From Verrucomicrobiota bacterium (lineage in GTDB: Bacteria > Verrucomicrobiota > Verrucomicrobiia > Limisphaerales > AAA164-E04): DNA of 64,000 bases. The notes under the pieces were generated by a model, which saw only the letters and a list, made by a program, of their open reading frames with translations, was not told the origin of the DNA and did not search any database. Location of the stretch: the NCBI GenBank assembly GCA_047947115.1, contig CP170459.1, forward strand, positions 4,960,001-5,024,000, given 5' to 3'. Every line of letters starts with the position of its first letter. Within the stretch, counting starts at the first letter, position 1. A program made the translations under genes and the position numbers. Shown one piece after another: positions 30,895 through 41,200 of the stretch.

Positions 30895-31920
30895 TTAGTT
30901 ACCCCCCAGCTTACGAGCCATTTCCAAAGCAAAATAAGTTAAAATCAAGTCCGCCCCCGCTCGTTTGATAGCCAATAATGATTCATCACGGGTTCGTTCC
31001 AGATCCAACCAGCCCTTCTGAGCAGCTGCGTGAATCTGGGCATATTCACCGGAAACCTGATAAGCAGCCAGAGGCAAATCCGACGCACGACGCAATTCAG
31101 CAATGATGTCCAGATAAGGCCCGGCGGGTTTAACCATCAACAAATCCGCTCCTTCTTCTTCATCCAAAAGAGCATCCCTGATCGCTTCCCGGGGATTTGC
31201 AGGGTTCAATTGATAGGTCCCTTTATCCAAATAAGCCTTTCCAGCAGCCGATTGACTCCCCACTGCATCTCTGAAAGGCCCGTAATAGGCTGAGTTAAAC
31301 TTCGCGCTATAAGCCAAAATACTCACATGAGACAGTCCGGCATCATCCAGTGTCGATCGAATCGCGCCCACCCGTCCATCCATCATGTCAGACGGAGCCA
31401 CCCAATCCGCCCCCGCCTCAGCCAACACTCTGGCCATCTGAGTGAGCATGTTCAAGGTGGCATCGTTGTCCACGTCGGTTTGGCTGGAATTAAGCACCCC
31501 GTCATGACCGTGACTCGTGAAAGGATCCAGAGCCACATCGGTGATCACCGCGATTTCGGGCACGGATTTCTTGAGGGCTTGGACAGCACGCGGCGTTAAC
31601 CCCCCCGGATCCACAGCTCCACTGCCAAAAGGATCTTTGATGTCAGGAGGATTGCATGGAAATAAAGCTACCGCCTGCACCCCTGCATCGATCAGTTTGC
31701 GGCATTCCTCAACAATACCGTCGATGGACAACCGAAACACTCCAGGCATGGAATCCACCGGTTCCGGTTCCGAAAGATTTTCTTTGACGAACAACGGCGC
31801 GATCAGGTTCTCGGGACGCAGATGCGTCTCCTGCACCATGGATCTCACGCGTGGATTACTGCGCAAACGACGCATTCGCACAGGTAAATCGTAATATGTC
31901 GATGAATGACTCTCTGACAT
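30895..31920 (-). CDS. hemB: Porphobilinogen synthase
   Basis: RMRRLR, DVALDPFTSHGHDG, APSDMMDGR, YGPFRDA, MVKPA, YQVSGEY. Confidence 0.97.
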   Translation of the reverse strand: MSESHSSTYYDLPVRMRRLRSNPRVRSMVQETHLRPENLIAPLFVKENLSEPEPVDSMPGVFRLSIDGIVEECRKLIDAGVQAVALFPCNPPDIKDPFGSGAVDPGGLTPRAVQALKKSVPEIAVITDVALDPFTSHGHDGVLNSSQTDVDNDATLNMLTQMARVLAEAGADWVAPSDMMDGRVGAIRSTLDDAGLSHVSILAYSAKFNSAYYGPFRDAVGSQSAAGKAYLDKGTYQLNPANPREAIRDALLDEEEGADLLMVKPAGPYLDIIAELRRASDLPLAAYQVSGEYAQIHAAAQKGWLDLERTRDESLLAIKRAGADLILTYFALEMARKLGGN

Positions 31921-31967
31921 GACCTTGAAAGAATGAGAAAATTTCTACCCGACTTATTCCATGCGCA

Positions 31968-32843
31968 TCAAATCAACCCGTGCGCCGCCAGCACCGCTTT
32001 CAACTTGTCACGATTGGCATCCGACATTGGCACCAGGGGCAGGCGCATTTCCTGGCCGATCAACCCCATGAGATACAGTGCCTCCTTGACCGGAACCGGG
32101 TTCGTTTCGATGAACAACGCTTTAAACAAGTCGTAATACTTGGCGTGGGTGGCAAGGGCATCGGAAGTCCGCCCGCCGGCAAAATCACGCACCATGGAAG
32201 CGATCGGTCCCGGAATGATATTGGAAGCCACACTGATGACTCCCTGGGCACCCACCGACATGAAGGGAAGTGTCAATCCATCATCACCACTGAGGATCGT
32301 AAAATCATTCCCCAAGGCATATCTCAATTGACTCACCCTATCGGCATCACCACCGGCTTCCTTGATCCCGATCACATTGGAGCAGGAATCCGAAAGCCGT
32401 TTGACCGTGCCGATGTCGATCGCAACCCCGCATCGTCCGGGAATACTGTAAAGAATGATTGGCAAATCGACCGCTTCCGCGATCGCTTTAAAATGCTGAT
32501 AAAGGCCCTCCTGTGAAGGTTTATTGTAGTAAGGAGCCACCTGCAAGGAACCATCGGCTCCGCGTTTTTTGGCTTCACGCGTCAGGTAAATGGCTTCCTC
32601 TGTGGCATTACCACCGGTTCCGGCCAGGATTTTCACCTTTCCGGCGGCGCTTTCTACCGCCAACTCGATCACTCTCAGGTGTTCCTCGCAATTAAGCGTG
32701 GGCGATTCTCCGGTGGTTCCGACGGGCACAATGCCGTCCACACCGGCGTCTATCTGCTTCCGGAGCAAGGAACGCAGTGCTTCCTCGTCAAGTTTCCCCG
32801 ATTTAAAAGGTGTTACAATCGCCGTAAAAGTGCCTGTAAACAT
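31968..32843 (-). CDS. dapA: 4-hydroxy-tetrahydrodipicolinate synthase
   Basis: GTTGES, PYYNKP, LYSIPGR, GIKEA, SGDD, NPVPVK. Confidence 0.97.
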   Translation of the reverse strand: MFTGTFTAIVTPFKSGKLDEEALRSLLRKQIDAGVDGIVPVGTTGESPTLNCEEHLRVIELAVESAAGKVKILAGTGGNATEEAIYLTREAKKRGADGSLQVAPYYNKPSQEGLYQHFKAIAEAVDLPIILYSIPGRCGVAIDIGTVKRLSDSCSNVIGIKEAGGDADRVSQLRYALGNDFTILSGDDGLTLPFMSVGAQGVISVASNIIPGPIASMVRDFAGGRTSDALATHAKYYDLFKALFIETNPVPVKEALYLMGLIGQEMRLPLVPMSDANRDKLKAVLAAHGLI

Positions 32844-32854
32844 GTTGATAATCT

Positions 32855-33667
32855 CTAATCCAATTCAATTTCGCCGGTAAACACAAAATCGGCAGGCCCG
32901 GCAAGCCGCACGTCTGAAAATCGCCCATCTTGTTCCACAAAAGAAACCTGTAATTGATCACCGCTCTGCACCTGCACCGTCACGGGTGATTTGAATCCAT
33001 GCAGTCTGGCCGCAACCATCGCCGCGGCGGAAACGCCGGTCCCACAAGCAAGCGTCTCACCCTCCACTCCGCGTTCATAGGTACGAACGCGTATGTGTCC
33101 AGGCTCAAGGATCTGCACGAAATTGACGTTCGTTCCTCTGGGGGAAAAGTGTGCATGATACCGAACCCCCGCCCCAAGCTCCCTGACCATCGCCTGATCC
33201 GCATCCGGAACGAATACAACCGCGTGCGGCACCCCGGTATTGATGGAATGTACACTGAGCGTTTGCCCATCCACCTCCAATTTGGCATCCAGAGACATCG
33301 GGCCGGGAGGTGTCAAGTTGACGGTGACGCGTGCTTCATCGAAAGAAGCCGAAATAATGCCCGCCAAGGTCTCAAAACTCAAGCCACCGCCCCCCCCCGC
33401 AAGGCTCCGGGTAAAAGCGGCAAAACATCGGGCACCATTGCCGCACATTTCGGCATCGCTTCCGTCGCTATTATAAAATTTCCAGGACCAATCTGCATTC
33501 CCTTTCTTATTAATTTCCAGCAACATCAACCCATCCGCCCCCACTCCCGCATGACGATCGCACATACGCGCAATATGCCCCGGATTCAGGGTCAGGTTCT
33601 GGTGTCGATTATCGATGAGAATGAAATCATTCCCCGCACCGTTCATCTTGGTAAAAGAAATACGCAT
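32855..33667 (-). CDS. dapF: Diaminopimelate epimerase
   Basis: FTKM.GAGNDF, AEMCGNG, TGVPH, ERGVE.ETLACGTG. Confidence 0.97.
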   Translation of the reverse strand: MRISFTKMNGAGNDFILIDNRHQNLTLNPGHIARMCDRHAGVGADGLMLLEINKKGNADWSWKFYNSDGSDAEMCGNGARCFAAFTRSLAGGGGGLSFETLAGIISASFDEARVTVNLTPPGPMSLDAKLEVDGQTLSVHSINTGVPHAVVFVPDADQAMVRELGAGVRYHAHFSPRGTNVNFVQILEPGHIRVRTYERGVEGETLACGTGVSAAAMVAARLHGFKSPVTVQVQSGDQLQVSFVEQDGRFSDVRLAGPADFVFTGEIELD

Positions 33668-33746
33668 CAATCACCCACAACCTAACGAGCCCCTTTCACG
33701 TAGGAAAGCCCAAAGTCAAAAAGTTCAGCGCAAAATAAAATAAAGA

Positions 33747-33775
33747 TTGACTTTCCCGACTGTCCCTGACATGAA
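33747..33775 (+). promoter_or_regulatory. Possible promoter with A-rich UP element
   Basis: AAAATAAAATAAAG followed by TTGACT-N17-CATGAA; the -10 match is weak. Confidence 0.35.
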
Positions 33776-33953
33776 AATTGTAAGTTAGGGGTTGTTGCCT
33801 ACTGATTGCAGACGGGTTCCGTCTTCAGGTGACACAGCTTCCTGACATGGACGAACACTAGTAGTTCATGGACTTCCCATGAGCGGCTGGTGTTTTTTTT
33901 TACCCTGAACACGAAAACGAATTGTCCACAGGACAACTGACACAACACCCAAT

Positions 33954-34400
33954 ATGATCGCTACGGCAGAATTAATCCAAAAACCAACAGATGAAGATAT
34001 CGCACTCCAGGCATACCTTCTCTGGGAACAGCATGGCTACCCCCATGGAAGAGACAAAGAGTTCTGGTATAAGGCCGAGGAAAGGCTCTTCCATAGAATA
34101 GAAAAAGAAACGACCCGGATCGAATCCGAAGTGAGGGAAGTCAAAATCAAGGCAGGCCGACGTTCAAGCAGTGAAACTTCATCCAAAACCGGCGAAGTAG
34201 CGACTCTCACTGCCAAAAGCAAACCAGCCGCGACCCAAACCAAGGCTAAAAAGCAACCTGCAACGAAAAAAGCAGCCGCGAAAAAAACGGTGAGTCCAGT
34301 TGCGAAAGCAACGGAAAAACCGAAAGCCACCCCCAAGAAACCGGTCGCCGCCAAAGCAAAGGCAAAAACAGCCAAAGCAAAAACCAAAGCAACAAAGTAA
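33954..34400 (+). CDS. DUF2934-domain protein with Lys/Ala-rich histone H1-like tail
   Basis: I...AY.LWE..G.P.GRD.E.W..AE..L DUF2934 signature; C-terminal AKK/KPA/KAK repeats. Confidence 0.88.
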   Translation: MIATAELIQKPTDEDIALQAYLLWEQHGYPHGRDKEFWYKAEERLFHRIEKETTRIESEVREVKIKAGRRSSSETSSKTGEVATLTAKSKPAATQTKAKKQPATKKAAAKKTVSPVAKATEKPKATPKKPVAAKAKAKTAKAKTKATK

Positions 34401-34510
34401 CCAACTTTAAAAGTCCCGGTTGATCGTGTCGTTGACTGGTTGAACTCAATATTTGGGAAGCGTTTGCGCTTCTCAATTCCAGGACACCGCAGGCGGGTTT
34501 ACTCCCGAAT

Positions 34511-34546
34511 AAAGCCGAAGGATTGATTTCCTTCGGCTTTTGTTTT
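34511..34546. terminator. Intrinsic terminator, probably bidirectional
   Basis: AAAGCCGAAGGA-TTGATT-TCCTTCGGCTTT followed by TGTTTT, between convergent genes. Confidence 0.85.
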
Positions 34547-34565
34547 GTCACACTTCGCACCTGGC

Positions 34566-37202
34566 TTAATTCGAGTCAAAACGTGGCTCCACAGGTGGCT
34601 TTCCCGACCATTCGGAATAGGGCGGTTCATAAGGTTCGAAGGTTTCGTTCCCTAAAAGCACATCCGCAATATGCCTCGTCGGCACCGAGACACTACCATA
34701 CACATCTGAATAACCCGTCACCCTTTCCTCTGAGGAACTTTGTGGCTTAAAGATCATAATCGAGCCATCCTGCAATATGATGCGCACGCTTCCCCTGACA
34801 AACGGTTTTCCGGTCATCGGAGCACCCGATCCAACACCATCCCCTTCATACATTTCGCCTTGAATGTCGACAATACGCGCACAGAGATCTCTTGAAATGT
34901 GTCGTTCCTTTAGTTTGGATTCGAACCGTACATGTTGTCCCCCCACCCCTATCAAACGCCCCCGTATCATATCGCCATTGCGCGCCACCAGAATGTGCCG
35001 GTCCGGTTGTTTCCGCTTGAACCGAGGTGCGTGCAAGGCTCTTTCCCGTGATCTCAAGTCCGCCTGAACACCTTGCCCCTGCAGATTGTTCTGACGTGTC
35101 CCCTTGTTTGCAGGACGGTAAAGTTGTTCAACAGTCAGAAGATTACGGTCGGGATCAAAATCAATCGCCTTGATCAAGGTCGCTGAAATCTTGTTGGTCT
35201 CAAGAACGGGCGAAGAGAACTCCAATACATCCTGATCGTAGGCTATCACTCGACATGGAATCACCTCCCCTGTTTTCAGAAACACCATGCTCGAGGCATC
35301 AGCCAGGTACCCGGGAAACTCGTATGGAAGAGCTTCTTCATCACGAATGACCCTGGCTTTGCCCAAGTCTGACAACTTCAAGGGAGCCACTGCGCCGGCA
35401 GGGGTCCATCCCAAAGGAGCATCCGGAAGCCCAAATGAAAGTTTCCCCCGGATCTTACCTTCTGGCAGGATCAACTGATCCCGATACTCCGAAGGTGAAG
35501 TAGCCAAAGATGGGGACGCATTGAATCGAATCGCAGACGCGCCCGACAAATCACACGATACCGGTTGTCGGGTAAAGACCGTCTTAAACCCCATCTGATG
35601 ACGATCCACTGCCACCATCTCACCTCGAATCACACCTCCGTCCTGATAGGATAATTCCGTAGCATCTTGCACTGGATCCAGAACGGATTCGGGACGATCA
35701 ACTCTTCCCAACCGGTCAAGTTCGAACGTTAAAATTTCACCTTTTTCGTTTTGGACGGATATCTGCTGATCGCGAATATCCAGTCGCCCGTACAGGACGG
35801 TTCCATCGATCAGATAAACCCGATCCTGTGCGACATCCAGTTGTTCCTCATTTAAAACCTTGGGTGAACGCAACAGACTTAATCGCCGAACAATCAAATC
35901 CTCCCCCAGATTACGCACATATATTCCCGAAGCGCCAGCCTGCAGGTCCACATCATCAATCGACACCAGCAATCGCCCGCTCATTCCGAATACATCCACA
36001 TGACGACGGGGAACATCCAACAACATCCTTAGACGAACATCTCTTTGATCCTCTTCCGGAGTCAAAACGGTTTCGAAAATGTTGTTTTGAATGACAGCAA
36101 TTTCATTGCCCCAGCTTTCCAATCTCAAAGCGCTTTTTTCCTCGGCACTGTATTCGTCCCTTCCGAATGCAATGACGAACCTTGGATTCGATGAGGAAGC
36201 CAGTTCTACATTCATTTCAATCCGGCCCTGCATCTCAAAATCACGAAACAATGCGGACCGCACCAGTTGAGTCGTCGGATGAGCACCTAGCCCGGCATGC
36301 CATCCGGACTCACGATTGGTTCCGACCAAGGACCGGTTCTTGAACCCTGGACCGGTCCACCAGACGCGCAGTTCTCCCATCCCTTCACCATTCAGGTATT
36401 CAACCCGCATGGCATGCGAGCCGACTTCCAGAGAAATATGTTGACTGGCCACACCTTCTTCCAACGTTTCCACAAGCAATTCGCCGTCGATCCACAAACG
36501 CATTCGGTCATCCGCAGAAACATGAAATTCATGCACCGCCGCATCTTCAATCTGCAGGTGCCCTTCAAACACCATGGCAAAATCCTGTTTCGCATCGGAA
36601 ATGCCCAAATCAAAATAACTCGACGCCAAGCGCCCCTCTTGAACGGCCTCCAGACCGGATAAATCTGGAAACGGACCAACCAACCATTCCTTATCCGCCC
36701 GATAAACACGATAACTCAGGTTCTGAATGGGGCCACCCAGTGCCACTTCCCAATCACGAAATCTCGAACCGTCAAATATCAGGTTAGGCTGTTCAATCCT
36801 GTGAAGGGAATAAATCGCGTCCCTCAATACACTCAAGCGACCATGGCGTTTGCTTTCAAAGATCAAAGTCTGATCATCCGAACCGACCAAATCAGCCACC
36901 AGCAGATCTCCCCCGACGGTAGCGATCCGAAAAGCTCCCTCGGCTTCGTTTTTTTCCTTTGGAAATTGAATCGAAGCCAGCGATGACGCTTCGATGATCA
37001 TGTCGTCATCAAAGATCGAGGAGGCCCAACGAATCTGATTACCTACACTCGGAAGCAGCTCACCTGGAATTTCATCGCCATTCTTCCAGTGCAACACAAT
37101 GCCTTCCCCATGCTCAGCTCCCTGCAAATGAAGATAACACAGAGTCGCAGCACCAAATAAAAGGCGCCAAATCAAATATCGAATAACAGGATACATCCTC
37201 AT
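34566..37202 (-). CDS. Exported PA14-domain protein with repeated small beta modules
   Basis: Signal peptide. PA14 motifs F...FEG.L.I....HEF...ADD...LWIDG...G.H..RVEY...G...L.V.W.GPG. ATGA overlap with the upstream gene. Confidence 0.8.
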   Translation of the reverse strand: MRMYPVIRYLIWRLLFGAATLCYLHLQGAEHGEGIVLHWKNGDEIPGELLPSVGNQIRWASSIFDDDMIIEASSLASIQFPKEKNEAEGAFRIATVGGDLLVADLVGSDDQTLIFESKRHGRLSVLRDAIYSLHRIEQPNLIFDGSRFRDWEVALGGPIQNLSYRVYRADKEWLVGPFPDLSGLEAVQEGRLASSYFDLGISDAKQDFAMVFEGHLQIEDAAVHEFHVSADDRMRLWIDGELLVETLEEGVASQHISLEVGSHAMRVEYLNGEGMGELRVWWTGPGFKNRSLVGTNRESGWHAGLGAHPTTQLVRSALFRDFEMQGRIEMNVELASSSNPRFVIAFGRDEYSAEEKSALRLESWGNEIAVIQNNIFETVLTPEEDQRDVRLRMLLDVPRRHVDVFGMSGRLLVSIDDVDLQAGASGIYVRNLGEDLIVRRLSLLRSPKVLNEEQLDVAQDRVYLIDGTVLYGRLDIRDQQISVQNEKGEILTFELDRLGRVDRPESVLDPVQDATELSYQDGGVIRGEMVAVDRHQMGFKTVFTRQPVSCDLSGASAIRFNASPSLATSPSEYRDQLILPEGKIRGKLSFGLPDAPLGWTPAGAVAPLKLSDLGKARVIRDEEALPYEFPGYLADASSMVFLKTGEVIPCRVIAYDQDVLEFSSPVLETNKISATLIKAIDFDPDRNLLTVEQLYRPANKGTRQNNLQGQGVQADLRSRERALHAPRFKRKQPDRHILVARNGDMIRGRLIGVGGQHVRFESKLKERHISRDLCARIVDIQGEMYEGDGVGSGAPMTGKPFVRGSVRIILQDGSIMIFKPQSSSEERVTGYSDVYGSVSVPTRHIADVLLGNETFEPYEPPYSEWSGKPPVEPRFDSN

Positions 37203-38275
37203 CGCTCGTAAACAGGCAACAACCTATAATTCAAAGCAAGGGTCAACACGGCCATCCCGGTTCCAAAAGCGGGCCCATGATCGCTCGCAAAACTTCCATC
37301 ATCCGCCTGGGATTCCTGGAGTTGATCAATGATCCGCCGATTCCATACTTTCCAAGCCTCAAAATCACTCTGGAACAATGCCTGTGCCATGTAATAACGA
37401 TGGTACTCGGGATGCCGAACCACGTCCTGGTCCAGATTGCTTTTGATATAACCGGCAACGGCCAGATATTCCTGAGTCTGCTTTCGTTTTCCAATGGCAT
37501 AGACGAGAGTGGCAATGGCCGAACGGGTCAAACTTTCACCACTGCCCTGAGACAATTGATACGACACCGAACCGCTCCTCATGGTGCTTGCCCTAAAATA
37601 ATTCAAGGCGCCTTCGATGGCTTCGTTGGGAATTTCCACGCCGGCATTCCGGGCACCGAGTAATCCCATCAACACTGTCCCGGAAACCGTCGTGTCGGCG
37701 TCCTGAGACTCGGGTGAATATCGCCATGCCTTGTATGGGTTCTTCTGCTGAGCAGTCAAGGTGCACCGGACAGCCAACTCTAGGGCTTGAGCTATCGATC
37801 TTCGTTCATCAGCCGGCACCTCGGATCCTTTCCATAAAAGATCCTCGTTAACCACACCATAAGCCTCGGAAAGCGCCAGGGTTGCAAACCCATGATGATA
37901 CATGGGGCCGTGCCCCGGCCCGCTGGCCACCCCGGTCACCGGGCTTTGATTGGAAATGATGTAGCGCAAAGATCGGCGGATGGGTTCCGCATATGGCCCG
38001 TAGTCCGGATCCTCTCCACTGGCCATCATGGCCATGACGCATATCCCGACCACACCCGAACCATAACCATCTCCACCCGGCCAACTGCCATTTTCCGATT
38101 GATCGGACACCAGGAATTTCAAGGCCCTTTCATGGATGACCTTGACGGAGGCTGGAACACTTTCACCGTACTGAACGGTGGCAATTTGTGCAAACAGATC
38201 AGATGAAACGCCCAAAGGAGCAAGGAGCAACAAAGCAAGTCTGATCACGGGATATAATGAAGGCCGATTATTCAC
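37199..38275 (-). CDS. Prenyltransferase/squalene-oxidase-repeat ((alpha/alpha) barrel) protein
   Basis: Signal peptide; QW-like repeats QSENGSW, QKNPYKAWRY, QADDGSF; MYHHGFATLAL.E. Confidence 0.85.
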   Translation of the reverse strand: MNNRPSLYPVIRLALLLLAPLGVSSDLFAQIATVQYGESVPASVKVIHERALKFLVSDQSENGSWPGGDGYGSGVVGICVMAMMASGEDPDYGPYAEPIRRSLRYIISNQSPVTGVASGPGHGPMYHHGFATLALSEAYGVVNEDLLWKGSEVPADERRSIAQALELAVRCTLTAQQKNPYKAWRYSPESQDADTTVSGTVLMGLLGARNAGVEIPNEAIEGALNYFRASTMRSGSVSYQLSQGSGESLTRSAIATLVYAIGKRKQTQEYLAVAGYIKSNLDQDVVRHPEYHRYYMAQALFQSDFEAWKVWNRRIIDQLQESQADDGSFASDHGPAFGTGMAVLTLALNYRLLPVYER

Positions 38276-41200
38276 GAAGATTCCTTTCCAGTGCGCTTAA
38301 GTAAGCGTCCAATCCCTGACGGAATTCGACGGGCAGTTCGCGTCCGGAACGACCGGTCGCCTGCCCTGCCACACGTTCTTCTATGTAGGCATCCAGAGCG
38401 TCGTCCCCGACCCCCATCAGCAGAAGCGCAGGCGTCTGGGTGGGGTTCGCCTTGGTCACCGTGGTTGTATTGGGAACACGCCCCGTTTCCAGCAGAATCT
38501 CGATCACCTCTGAAATGGCGGCAATGGTGTCAGGGCCGGTTTCCTCATTGGCCAACCGGGTCACCACTTCGTCCATCACGCTGGCAGCTTCAGTCAGTTT
38601 CTGCATATGCTTTTGCATCATCGGGTGACCTGCTTTCGGCAACGCTTTAATATCCTCGCGCAGTCCGCGTGCATGAGTGGCCATGTCGCTTTGGGTCTGT
38701 TCGAGAGCCTTGGATCGTTGGGTGATTTCATCTGTGTGAAGTGCGTGACGCGCGTGATCCAGTTCACGCGTCTCCTCGCGAAGTTCAATTTCCTGATGAA
38801 TCAGGCGCACCACTTCCAGAATGATTTCCGGAGGCAGGTTTGGCAATTCGATGTCGTCGGATTCGCCGTCGGATGGCTCGGGAGGAGGCAAGGGATCCAC
38901 CAATTGCTCAGCCCACCGGTCCAGTGTATCCGCCCAATACTCACTGGCGATCGTGGCGTTCCCGACCGCATTGTTTTGGATGTAACTCTTGATGTCCTTG
39001 ATCTCCTCCACCACATCCGAGGTCTGCATTTCATCCAGCACCCGGGTAAACTTGTCCGAGGGGCGACGCTCGGCGTAGGCGTCCATATCTTCATGGATCG
39101 TGAGCACCTCCTCCGAAGCCGCCAATTGGAGATCGCCCAGGATGTTACGAGACGTCTCATCGTTAATCTCCCCGGCATCCAGACCGAACCCGTCCAAATC
39201 GTTCAATTCGGAAGCCAGTTCGAGTTGCTGCCTCGCGGCCGATTTGAGGCGCTTGACAAACGTGCTGTTTTCAAAACTAAGGAGTAATTGCTGCAACTCC
39301 TGCGCCACCTTTGCAAAACTCGCGATCAGGTCCGCTTGAACTTCCACCGCTTTGGAAACCAATTCCTTGTTGGATTCCTCGGGCTTGGACTCCATTTTTG
39401 CCTGTTCTTGTTCTTCCTGCGGAGGTCGGCCACTTCCACGCAGCGTGGTGGAAGGCAAGCCGAGGCCTCCCTGGACCTGTGGAGATTCTTCCGAGGAGGC
39501 CTGTGCCGGCTCGTTCGGATTAAAGCCTGATTCCGTGTCCCCGATACCAGGCGTGGGGTTGGGTGGGGCATTGCCGGATGAAGCCTCACCGGTTTCCGCT
39601 TTGCTCCGATCCACACTTGCGGTCTGGGTCGCCTGACTGCCGGATGTACCATCGGTACCAGCTTCAGGCAAATCCTTGTACGGTGGACCGGACCGAACAT
39701 GATCACCGGAAGGCATGTCCGGAGCGGAAGGAGATCCAGCGGGTTCGTTTTTTGTGGCGGAAGCCATTCCGGATGACGCCTCACTGGAAGCCATCGAACT
39801 TTCACTTCCCAGTTGCGAAGCTTCGGAAGGCCGAGTGTTCAATGAAGGGGATTCGGCGCCTTGAGCGAGCAAAGAGGCGACGGAAGGCATTTGCTGACCT
39901 GCAATCGATTCAAGTGCTCGAATGGTTTCCGCCCACATGCTGAGCTGGGCCGGATCAAAGGATGTGTTGCGCGCGGCATCCTGGACGAGCTCCTTGCCGA
40001 CACGGATCAAGGTTTCCAGTTTATCCGTATTCGAGCGCTCTGCTGCCGCCTGCGCTTGAACCTGTTGTCGACGTTCGGGCGTGTCCAGCTCCTCCCGGCT
40101 CAATTGACTCAGGGCTTCGTTCGTTTGATGAAGCTGCAATTCCCGTTCGTAAATTTCCTGCGAAACACCCGCCCAAAGTCTCATTTGTTCTGTCACCCAC
40201 TGATAATGATCCTCCGGTGCCATGACATGCACCACCATATAAGGCGAATAAGACCGTGGACGATCCGGGAAATAATCCGTGGCGTAGGCGCGCAATTGTA
40301 TACTCTGGGGCTTGAGCTTTTCACGTAATGCCGAGAAGGTCGCCGCCACCGACAAACGATCGTCCTTGGGTCCACCCGCCGCCACGGTTTTCTCTCCTTT
40401 GGTGGGGCTGGGATTCAAAACCGGATCTTCAATACCCGCCCATTCGATTCCCAGTTGTTGAATCCCAAAATCATCGCTGGCGACAATCTCGAATGAAATC
40501 AATTCGTTCGGCAACACCACCTGATTGTTCTGAAACCGGGCCAAACTCACACTCGGCGCCTGATCTCCCCTTACTTCAACGCGCATCACCTGTGGCTCTC
40601 TGGGTTCAAGTCCCAACACATCCTGCCAGTTCAAAGGATATTCACCCGATGCCTCTACCAGCACCGGTTCCGTGGACAAGGAGGCGCCCGAAACGGATTG
40701 AGGGTTGCCATTGAGCGTCGCCAATTGGAGTTCCCGGGTGGCTGAGGCTCGAAACGATAGTCGGCTCCCCTTCACGAGACTGACCATCCCTCCCCGAACG
40801 TCCTCAACGATCGGATCGTTTATTTGCAGATAGTCAGGCAAGGTCGACTCTGCAAACAGCTCGTTCAAAGCAGGGCGAATCCTGGGACGAACCGGGATCT
40901 GACGGCGGGCGTCGCCGACTTGAATATCCAACGATGCATCCAGGGTTTGAGGCGGCATCCCGAACAGAAAAACATCGCCATCGCGCTCGGCAGACACCGG
41001 CATCTGCGAACCATACTGCGCCTGCCCCACAGCAGGCTTCCAGGGAGCATCCGGCTTGAGCCGAACCTCATACTGGAACGGCTCGGCATAAGGAACGACA
41101 TGAGGGGTGGATTCACCTTGCAACTGCGCGAAGGTATAACGGTCAAGCTGTTTCCAGGGCATCATCCAACGCAATAGCGCGTTACTGCTGGCGGCGGGAG

